Source: Escherichia coli (lineage in GTDB: Bacteria > Pseudomonadota > Gammaproteobacteria > Enterobacterales > Enterobacteriaceae). From it: a DNA stretch of 64,000 nt. The stretch lies in NCBI RefSeq assembly GCF_048403405.1, contig NZ_CP183129.1. One strand, given 5' to 3'. The notes beneath the pieces were generated by a model, which made no database searches, had not been told where the DNA came from, and saw only the letters and a list, made by a program, of their open reading frames with translations. Positions 56,687 to 64,000 of the stretch are shown here, in pieces (within the stretch, counting starts at the first letter, position 1; every line of letters begins with the position of its first letter). The position numbers were made by a program, and so were the translations under genes.

Positions 56687-57591
56687 GATTTCGCTCCCGG
56701 TAGAGTGATGCCAGAGAAAATCTTGATAACTGCGCTATCGTCTTCTTTCCCGTAACCCGCGTTACTGGCGCTGGTGAACATATTCAATGCTGTTGAGGCC
56801 AATGGCAGCGGGAAGTGCAGGGCTTTGGCTGTATCGGCAACCAGACCAAGATCCTTAACAAAAATATCGACGGCTGAATGCGGGGTGTAATCGCCATCCA
56901 CCACATGACGCATCCGGTTTTCGAACATCCAGGAATTTCCGGCGGCATTGGTCACGACGTCATACATCACATCCAGCGGGATCCCCGCACGGGCTGCAAG
57001 TGCCATCGCTTCGGCTCCGGCAGCAATATGTACGCCCGCTAACAACTGGTGAATAATTTTTACGGTCGAACCTAGTCCCGGTTCTGCACCTATGCGATAA
57101 ACTTTTCCGGCAACGGCTTCCAGCACGGGTGCCAGTCGTTCAAAGGCAATATCGCTACCGGAGGCCATGACAGTCATTTCACCGTTAGCGGCTTTTACTG
57201 CACCACCAGAAACTGGCGCATCCAGCATTTCCAGATCGAATCCAGCCAGAGCGGTAGCAATTTCTTGCGCATCAGCACTAGCGATAGTGGAAGAAACCAT
57301 TACTGCCGTACCGGGTTTCAGATGTTGTGCAACGCCTGTTTCACCAAACAGCACCTGTTTAACCTGGGCCGCATTGACCACCAGCACCAGCAGAGCGTCC
57401 AGTTTTTCGGCAAACGTCGCGGCGTTATCAGAAACCCCGCAAGCACCTGCCTCTTTCAACGTAGCGCAGGCATTGCTGTTCAGGTCTGCGCCCCAGGTAG
57501 AAAGACCTGCGCGGACACATGACAGTGCTGCTCCCATTCCCATTGACCCTAAGCCAACGATACCGACATGAAACTCAGATCCCGTTTTCAT
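56683..57591 (-). CDS. ygbJ: NAD-dependent 3-hydroxyisobutyrate-dehydrogenase-family enzyme YgbJ (L-threonate dehydrogenase-like)
   Basis: 302-aa ORF with Rossmann motif VGIVGLGSMGMG. Confidence 0.88.
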   Translation of the reverse strand: MKTGSEFHVGIVGLGSMGMGAALSCVRAGLSTWGADLNSNACATLKEAGACGVSDNAATFAEKLDALLVLVVNAAQVKQVLFGETGVAQHLKPGTAVMVSSTIASADAQEIATALAGFDLEMLDAPVSGGAVKAANGEMTVMASGSDIAFERLAPVLEAVAGKVYRIGAEPGLGSTVKIIHQLLAGVHIAAGAEAMALAARAGIPLDVMYDVVTNAAGNSWMFENRMRHVVDGDYTPHSAVDIFVKDLGLVADTAKALHFPLPLASTALNMFTSASNAGYGKEDDSAVIKIFSGITLPGAKS

Positions 57592-57786
57592 CTGCTCTCC
57601 TTGTTAATTTAAGTGATGTTTTGTTTGATATTGTGAATATAGGCGCTGGAAGATAACGATATGGTGAGCTGATTCACAAAAATTAACATTGTGTGTTATT
57701 TTATGTGAACTAAGCGTTAGTTGCGCCGCGCACGTTTCGCAGGCAAATAGCGTAGAATGTCAGCAGGACAAAGGAAGGAGCAAAAG

Positions 57787-58554
57787 TTGATACCCGTAGA
57801 GCGTCGCCAAATCATCCTTGAGATGGTAGCTGAAAAAGGCATTGTCAGTATTGCTGAACTAACGGACAGAATGAATGTGTCACATATGACCATTCGTCGG
57901 GATTTACAAAAACTGGAGCAGCAGGGAGCCGTTGTGCTGGTGTCCGGAGGCGTCCAGTCTCCGGGACGCGTGGCGCATGAACCTTCTCATCAGGTAAAAA
58001 CTGCGCTGGCAATGACGCAAAAAGCGGCTATTGGCAAGCTGGCGGCAAGTCTTGTTCAGCCGGGAAGTTGTATCTATCTGGATGCGGGAACGACCACGCT
58101 AGCGATAGCACAGCATCTGATTCACATGGAGTCACTGACTGTGGTCACAAACGATTTCGTTATTGCGGACTACTTGCTCGACAACAGTAATTGCACAATT
58201 ATTCACACTGGCGGTGCAGTGTGTCGGGAAAACCGTTCCTGTGTCGGGGAAGCCGCTGCGACCATGCTGCGCAGCCTGATGATTGATCAGGCTTTTATTT
58301 CTGCATCGTCATGGAGTGTGCGGGGGATTTCTACGCCAGCGGAAGATAAAGTCACGGTGAAACGGGCGATTGCCAGTGCCAGCCGCCAGCGAGTTTTGGT
58401 CTGTGATGCGACGAAATATGGTCAGGTGGCGACATGGCTGGCGTTACCATTAAGCGAGTTTGATCAGATTATTACAGACGACGGTTTGCCGGAGAGTGCC
58501 AGTCGCGCGCTGGCGAAGCAGGATCTCTCTTTGCTGGTAGCGAAAAATGAATAA
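57787..58554 (+). CDS. ygbI: DeoR-family transcriptional regulator YgbI
   Basis: N-terminal HTH and C-terminal sugar-phosphate sensor domain; start provisionally at TTG 57787 (ORF track 57757). Confidence 0.8.
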   Translation: MIPVERRQIILEMVAEKGIVSIAELTDRMNVSHMTIRRDLQKLEQQGAVVLVSGGVQSPGRVAHEPSHQVKTALAMTQKAAIGKLAASLVQPGSCIYLDAGTTTLAIAQHLIHMESLTVVTNDFVIADYLLDNSNCTIIHTGGAVCRENRSCVGEAAATMLRSLMIDQAFISASSWSVRGISTPAEDKVTVKRAIASASRQRVLVCDATKYGQVATWLALPLSEFDQIITDDGLPESASRALAKQDLSLLVAKNE

Positions 58555-58577
58555 TGGCCTGCAATAACACCGGGTTA

Positions 58578-58603
58578 CTCATGCTTCACAGAAGAAGCAT
58601 GAG
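58578..58603. terminator. Hairpin between convergent ygbI and pphB
   Basis: CTCATGCTTC-ACAGAA-GAAGCATGAG, 10-bp perfect stem. Confidence 0.6.
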
Positions 58604-58604
58604 A

Positions 58605-59261
58605 CTACTTTATTTTATAAAATGACAGCCGCCCGCTTTTCGGCGATCCGGTATCAATATAAATCTGGTTTGCGAGCGTCTGAATGTTATCAAACATCAT
58701 ATGTCCAAATATAAAATAATCAGCGCCGTTTATTTGTTGTAACTCGCCATTAAGCGATTTCTGCACACGATCAACAGGCCAGAGTAGTTCTCTCTCCGCT
58801 ATTTCTTTGCCAAAGAGATATTCATTCCCCGGATAATCTGCATGTGCGATGACATATTTTATTATGTCGTTAGTGATTTCAATAATATGTGGAAGGCGAT
58901 GAAATTTCAGCAACAGATTTATTGCTTCTTGTTGTTCCGTCTCATTTAATTCAAAGAACCAGTCGCCGCCGCTGGCAAGCCACATATTTCCATCGCCAGT
59001 TTCGAATGCATCAAGCGCCATCGCTTCATGGTTGCCTTTAACCGATGTAAACCAGGGCTGGTTTAACAGGCGTAGTACGTTAAGACTCTCCGGCCCACGA
59101 TCAATATTATCGCCGACAGAAATAAGTAAGTCGGTTTCAGGGAAAAAAGAGAGTTGATGTAAGCGGGATTGTAATAATTGATAGTCACCATGAATATCAC
59201 CAACGGCCCATATATAACGATAGTGATGGGCATTAATTTTTTGATAGCGTGTAGATGGCAT
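58605..59261 (-). CDS. pphB: Serine/threonine protein phosphatase 2
   Basis: 218-aa calcineurin-like metallophosphoesterase (GDIHGD, GNHE motifs). Confidence 0.92.
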   Translation of the reverse strand: MPSTRYQKINAHHYRYIWAVGDIHGDYQLLQSRLHQLSFFPETDLLISVGDNIDRGPESLNVLRLLNQPWFTSVKGNHEAMALDAFETGDGNMWLASGGDWFFELNETEQQEAINLLLKFHRLPHIIEITNDIIKYVIAHADYPGNEYLFGKEIAERELLWPVDRVQKSLNGELQQINGADYFIFGHMMFDNIQTLANQIYIDTGSPKSGRLSFYKIK

Positions 59262-59332
59262 GGTTTTACCCTGTAAAATAAGATTTCCTATTATACAGGG
59301 TGTTTTTATTTGATTCGTCAGTTGTCGTTAAT

Positions 59333-59361
59333 ATTCCCGATAGCAAAAGACTATCGGGAAT
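59333..59361. terminator. Perfect 11-bp inverted repeat directly downstream of mutS
   Basis: ATTCCCGATAG-CAAAAGA-CTATCGGGAAT a few nt past the mutS stop. Confidence 0.5.
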
Positions 59362-59366
59362 TGTTA

Positions 59367-61928
59367 TTACACCAGACTCTTCAAGCGATAAATCCACTCC
59401 AGCGCCTGACGCGGAGTCAGTGAATCCGGGTCGAGGTTTTCCAGTGCCTCGACCGCAGGCGAAGTTTCTTCTGGTACGGACAGCAAAGACATCTGCGTGC
59501 CATCTACCTGCGTCGCGGCGGCATTCGGCGAAATGCTCTCCAGCTCACGCAGTTTCTGCCGCGCGCGTTTGATCACCTCTTTTGGCACGCCCGCAAGGGC
59601 TGCAACCGCCAGGCCGTAGCTTTTGCTCGCCGCGCCATCCTGCACGCTGTGCATAAAGGCAATGGTGTCGCCGTGCTCCAGTGCATCGAGATGCACGTTG
59701 GCGACGCCTTCCATTTTCTCCGGTAACTGGGTCAGCTCGAAATAGTGGGTGGCAAACAACGTCAACGCTTTAATCTTATTCGCCAGATTTTCCGCGCACG
59801 CCCACGCCAGCGACAGACCATCGTAAGTGGACGTCCCGCGCCCAATCTCATCCATCAGTACCAGACTGTACTCGGTGGCGTTATGTAAAATATTGGCGGT
59901 TTCGGTCATTTCCACCATAAAGGTTGAACGCCCGGATGCCAGATCATCCGCTGCCCCTACGCGGGTAAAGATGCGATCGATAGGTCCAATCTCGACTTTT
60001 TGTGCCGGTACATAGCTGCCGATGTAGGCCATCAGCGCAATCAGTGCGGTCTGGCGCATATAGGTACTTTTACCGCCCATATTCGGACCGGTAATGATCA
60101 ACATGCGACGCTGCGGCGACAGGTTCAGCGGGTTGGCGATAAACGGCTCATTCAGCACCTGTTCAACCACCGGATGGCGGCCTTCGGTGATGCGAATACC
60201 CGGTTTATCAATAAAGGTCGGGCAGGTGTAGTTCAGGGTATAGGCCCGTTCCGCCAGGTTCACCAGCACGTCGAGTTCCGCCAGTGCGCTCGCGCTCTGT
60301 TGCAACGCTTCCAGATGCGGCAACAGCAGGTCGAACAGCTCTTCATAAAGCTGTTTTTCCAGTGCCAGTGCTTTGCCTTTTGAAGTGAGAACTTTGTCTT
60401 CGTACTCTTTTAGCTCTGGAATAATGTAGCGCTCGGCGTTTTTCAGCGTCTGGCGACGCATGTAATTGATGGGTGCCAGATGGCTTTGTCCACGGCTGAT
60501 CTGAATGTAATAACCATGAACCGCGTTAAAGCCGACTTTCAGGGTGTCCAGGCCAGTACGTTCACGCTCGCGGACTTCCAGACGCTCCAGATAATCGGTC
60601 GCGCCGTCAGCCAGCGCGCGCCACTCATCCAGCTCTTCGTTATAGCCCGGTGCGATAACACCACCGTCGCGTACCAGCACCGGCGGTGTGTCGATGATTG
60701 CTCGCTCCAGCAGATCGCGCAGCTCGGCAAACTCGCCCATTTTTTCACGCAGCGCCTGTACCGGAGCGCTATCGACATTTTCTAACTGCGCGCGCAGCTC
60801 CGGCAGTTGCTGGAAAGCGTGACGCATACGGGCCAGATCGCGTGGGCGAGCAGTTCGTAAAGCCAGACGCGCCAGAATACGTTCCAGGTCGCCGACCTGA
60901 CGCAGTACCGGCTGCAGCTCGGCGGTGAAATCCTGCAATGCGCCAATAGTTTGCTGGCGCTCAAGCAAGACGCGGGTATCGCGCACTGGCATATGCAGCC
61001 AGCGTTTCAGCATACGGCTGCCCATCGGCGTGACGGTGCAGTCGAGCACAGAAGCCAGCGTATTTTCCGCACCGCCCGCCAGGTTCTGGGTAATTTCCAG
61101 GTTACGACGCGTCGCGGCATCCATAATGATGCTGTCCTGCTCACGTTCCATGGTGATAGAACGAATATGCGGCAGGGTCGTGCGTTGAGTATCTTTCGCA
61201 TACTGCAACAGACAACCGGCAGCACAAAGTCCGCGCGGCGCGTTCTCGACGCCAAAACCGACCAGATCGCGGGTGCCAAATTGCAGATTCAACTGCTGGC
61301 GCGCGGTGTCGATTTCAAACTCCCACAGCGGGCGACGGCGCAGTCCGCGACGACCTTCAATCAGCGACATCTCGGCGAAATTTTCTGCATACAACAGCTC
61401 TGCCGGATTAGTGCGTTGCAGCTCTGCCGCCATCGTTTCGCGGTCAGCCGGTTCGCTCAGGCGAAAACGACCGGAACTGATATCCAGCGTCGCGTAGCCG
61501 AAACCTTTGCTGTCCTGCCAGATAGCCGCCAGCAGGTTATCCTGACGCTCCTGCAACAGCGCTTCATCGCTGATGGTGCCCGGCGTAACGATACGCACAA
61601 CTTTGCGCTCAACCGGACCTTTGCTGGTCGCCGGATCGCCAATTTGTTCGCAGATGGCAACGGACTCGCCCTGATTCACCAGTTTGGCGAGGTAGTTTTC
61701 CACCGCATGGTAGGGGATCCCCGCCATCGGGATCGGCTCTCCCGCCGAAGCACCGCGTTTGGTCAGTGAAATATCCAGCAGTTGCGACGCGCGTTTTGCG
61801 TCGTCATAAAACAGTTCATAAAAATCACCCATCCGGTAAAACAGCAGGATCTCGGGATGCTGGGCTTTCAGCTTGAGATATTGCTGCATCATGGGCGTAT
61901 GGGCATCGAAATTTTCTATTGCACTCAT
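59367..61928 (-). CDS. mutS: DNA mismatch repair protein MutS
   Basis: 853-aa [29 protein letters not shown]... with Walker [10 protein letters not shown]. Confidence 0.98.
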   Translation of the reverse strand: MSAIENFDAHTPMMQQYLKLKAQHPEILLFYRMGDFYELFYDDAKRASQLLDISLTKRGASAGEPIPMAGIPYHAVENYLAKLVNQGESVAICEQIGDPATSKGPVERKVVRIVTPGTISDEALLQERQDNLLAAIWQDSKGFGYATLDISSGRFRLSEPADRETMAAELQRTNPAELLYAENFAEMSLIEGRRGLRRRPLWEFEIDTARQQLNLQFGTRDLVGFGVENAPRGLCAAGCLLQYAKDTQRTTLPHIRSITMEREQDSIIMDAATRRNLEITQNLAGGAENTLASVLDCTVTPMGSRMLKRWLHMPVRDTRVLLERQQTIGALQDFTAELQPVLRQVGDLERILARLALRTARPRDLARMRHAFQQLPELRAQLENVDSAPVQALREKMGEFAELRDLLERAIIDTPPVLVRDGGVIAPGYNEELDEWRALADGATDYLERLEVRERERTGLDTLKVGFNAVHGYYIQISRGQSHLAPINYMRRQTLKNAERYIIPELKEYEDKVLTSKGKALALEKQLYEELFDLLLPHLEALQQSASALAELDVLVNLAERAYTLNYTCPTFIDKPGIRITEGRHPVVEQVLNEPFIANPLNLSPQRRMLIITGPNMGGKSTYMRQTALIALMAYIGSYVPAQKVEIGPIDRIFTRVGAADDLASGRSTFMVEMTETANILHNATEYSLVLMDEIGRGTSTYDGLSLAWACAENLANKIKALTLFATHYFELTQLPEKMEGVANVHLDALEHGDTIAFMHSVQDGAASKSYGLAVAALAGVPKEVIKRARQKLRELESISPNAAATQVDGTQMSLLSVPEETSPAVEALENLDPDSLTPRQALEWIYRLKSLV

Positions 61929-62168
61929 GGGGTTATGTCCGGTTCCCTGATATTAAATGGGGTGTGATGGTTTTTATTTTCGTTGTAATCACATAAGGCG
62001 CACATGATACCGGAGTTAATCATTTCAGGGGAAGAAGCGAACGGCGAGTTCTTGATGCTGGTTCCGGGAAAGATGCTGTTTTGCAGCTTTTGCGTGATGC
62101 TTATGAAGCAAGTACGCAAAATTGTATCGGTTGGCTAACCCTTCTTCTTTAGAGTCATAGTGCCCTTT

Positions 62169-62197
62169 AAGATTAAGTTGTAATATAAATGCATCTT
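62169..62197. promoter_or_regulatory. NsrR-like inverted repeat upstream of ygbA
   Basis: AAGATTAAGTT-N7-AAATGCATCTT resembles the NsrR operator; about 18 nt upstream of the ygbA ATG. Confidence 0.5.
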
Positions 62198-62214
62198 AAT
62201 GAGATGGAGGCAGC

Positions 62215-62559
62215 ATGTCCGGCAAGCGTATCTCTCGTGAAAAACTGACGATTAAAAAAATGATCGATCTTTATCAAGCGAAATGCCCGCAGGCGTCAGC
62301 GGAGCCGGAGCATTATGAGGCGTTGTTTACTTACGCGCAAAAGCGGCTGGATAAATGTGTGTTCGGCGAAGAGAAACCAGCCTGTAAGCAGTGTCCGGTG
62401 CACTGTTACCAGCCTGCAAAGCGTGAAGAGATGAAACAGATTATGCGTTGGGCTGGGCCGCGAATGCTGTGGCGTCATCCGATCTTAACCGTGCGTCATC
62501 TCATCGATGACAAGCGTCCGGTGCCGGAGTTGCCAGAAAAATATCGTCCAAAGAAATAA
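62215..62559 (+). CDS. ygbA: YgbA (nitrosative-stress-induced small protein)
   Basis: 114-aa Cys-containing ORF divergent from mutS. Confidence 0.85.
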   Translation: MSGKRISREKLTIKKMIDLYQAKCPQASAEPEHYEALFTYAQKRLDKCVFGEEKPACKQCPVHCYQPAKREEMKQIMRWAGPRMLWRHPILTVRHLIDDKRPVPELPEKYRPKK

Positions 62560-62597
62560 ATCTGCCGGAGAGCCATACTCTCCGGCAAATAAGGCGC

Positions 62598-63026
62598 TTA
62601 CGCTTTGGTGGCAATCAGGATGGCTGATGCTTTGATCAATGCAATAACGCGCGAGCCAGTGGTGAGTTTCATTTCATCCTGACTTTCATTTGTTACCACT
62701 GCCACAATTTCAAAACCCGCATCCGTTTTGATATGGACAGTGGCGTTCACTGCGCCTTCGGTGATTGTCGACACGCTGCCAGCAAACTGGTTGCGAGCAG
62801 AGAATTTCAGTCCACAGTCTTCCGTTGCCAGCGTTACCCACGGGGCTTTAATCAGGGCAATCGCTTCTTTCCCTTTCGCCAGACCCAGCGCTTGCTGGCT
62901 GCTGTGAGTCACAATTGCCACCAGCTTTGCACCACCTGCCAGCGTCAGTTCTACTTCATCATTCACAGCGCCCATTGCTACTGCGCTAACTGTTCCGGTT
63001 AATTGATTTCTTGCTGAAACTGCCAT
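62598..63026 (-). CDS. Tandem-TOBE (Mop-like) molybdate/tungstate-binding protein
   Basis: Two roughly 68-aa repeats with the TOBE pattern (...RNQLTGTV...ELTLAGGAKLVAIVT... and ...RNQFAGSV...HIKTDAGFEIVAVVT...); start set at internal ATG with GGAGG RBS. Confidence 0.75.
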   Translation of the reverse strand: MAVSARNQLTGTVSAVAMGAVNDEVELTLAGGAKLVAIVTHSSQQALGLAKGKEAIALIKAPWVTLATEDCGLKFSARNQFAGSVSTITEGAVNATVHIKTDAGFEIVAVVTNESQDEMKLTTGSRVIALIKASAILIATKA

Positions 63027-63070
63027 ACTGCCTCCTTTCATTGAATGTTGATCGAGTATAACCACATCTG

Positions 63071-64000
63071 TTAAATCAATGCCGATTTATCAATTCCCAG
63101 TCGCTTCATCCGTGACAGCAGAGTCGTGCGTTTCAGCCCCAGACGTTGCGCAGCGCCTTTAGGCCCGGCAACCACGCCGTTAGTTTCTTTCAGCACGCGA
63201 ACAATCAACTGATATTCATCTTCGCCCTCCTGGGCGACAACCGTTGCGGCAGGCGGCGTTTCAGGCTCCGGTAAAGCAATATCTGGCAATGACAGCTGCA
63301 GCACGTTGCCGCGTGTTAGCAATACCGCGCGCTCGATGACGTTTTCCAGCTCACGCACGTTGCCCGGCCATTCCATGTTGCTCAGGATGCGCAGCGTCTC
63401 GGCAGGAATGCTGTCGATATTGCGCCCCAGACGACGGGCAATTTTGAAGGTAAAGGCTTTCGCCAGCAGCGGAATATCTTCCGGACGCTCGCGTAGTGGC
63501 GGCAGGTGGATCGGGAATACATTCAGGCGGTAATAGAGATCGCTACGGAACTCACGGTCGGCGACCATTTTTTTCAGATCGCGGTTAGTCGCGGCAATTA
63601 AACGCACGTCCGTCTGAATGATTTTGTTGCTGCCGAGACGTTCAAACTCCTGTTCCTGTAATACACGCAGCAACTTCGGCTGTAACTCCAGTGGCATATC
63701 GCCCACTTCGTCGAGGAACAGGGAGCTTTTATCCGCCAGTTCAAAACGACCAATGCGCTGGGCGCTGGCACCGGTAAAAGCCCCACGCTCATGACCAAAC
63801 AGATCGCTCTCCAGCAATCCGGCAGGCATCGCCGCGCAGTTCATTTTTACCATGCGGCGATTATTACGCCCACTGAGATTATGGATCGCGCGGGCAATCA
63901 GCTCTTTACCCGTGCCAGTTTCACCGAGGATCAGCACGGTACTGTCACTTTGCGCCACCATTTCAACTTGTTTAAGCACGCTGTACATGGCTTCGCTGCG
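63071..64000 (-). CDS. fhlA: Formate hydrogenlyase transcriptional activator FhlA, C-terminal part; gene continues beyond the window end
   Basis: Sigma-54 activator AAA+ domain (GETGTGKELIARAIH, GAFTGA) and C-terminal HTH; frame open to position 64000. Confidence 0.85.
   Translation of the reverse strand, partial: RSEAMYSVLKQVEMVAQSDSTVLILGETGTGKELIARAIHNLSGRNNRRMVKMNCAAMPAGLLESDLFGHERGAFTGASAQRIGRFELADKSSLFLDEVGDMPLELQPKLLRVLQEQEFERLGSNKIIQTDVRLIAATNRDLKKMVADREFRSDLYYRLNVFPIHLPPLRERPEDIPLLAKAFTFKIARRLGRNIDSIPAETLRILSNMEWPGNVRELENVIERAVLLTRGNVLQLSLPDIALPEPETPPAATVVAQEGEDEYQLIVRVLKETNGVVAGPKGAAQRLGLKRTTLLSRMKRLGIDKSALI

Noticed and set aside
60951-61769. 272-aa ORF on the plus strand
   Set aside because: Antisense to mutS; shadow ORF.

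Overview
This window reads as a contiguous enterobacterial (Escherichia coli-like) chromosomal segment running barA, rlmD, relA, mazEFG, pyrG, eno, ygcG, queE, a CRISPR array, the ygc catabolic cluster, queD, cysJIH, a complete type I-E cas operon with a second CRISPR array, iap, cysDNC, ygbE, ftsB, ispDF, truD, surE, pcm, nlpD, rpoS, an accessory MarR/UbiX/UbiD-like island, the ygbN-ygbI acid-sugar cluster, pphB, mutS, ygbA, a Mop-like gene and the 3' part of fhlA. All calls come from reading the sequence and ORF track and from recalled protein families; no database search was run. I found no rRNA, tRNA, IS element or integrase. Both arrays use the repeat GTGTTCCCCGCGCCAGCGGGGATAAACCG and share a leader motif at the same distance from repeat 1. 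Honest assessment: I do not see a convincing, wholly undescribed multi-gene system; nearly every gene belongs to a recognisable family. The best candidates for unreported biology are (1) two degenerate, opposite-orientation CRISPR-repeat-like units in the cas3-cse1 intergenic region, (2) an unlisted 50-aa Hok-family toxin ORF directly upstream of cas3, (3) a terminator/antiterminator leader before ygcW in a cluster that also encodes a GlpP-like antiterminator (YgcP), and (4) accessory genes relative to my recollection of K-12 (MarR plus UbiX/UbiD/small-subunit decarboxylase genes after rpoS; a di-TOBE Mop-like gene after fhlA). Coordinates of features I placed by hand may be off by 1-2 nt.
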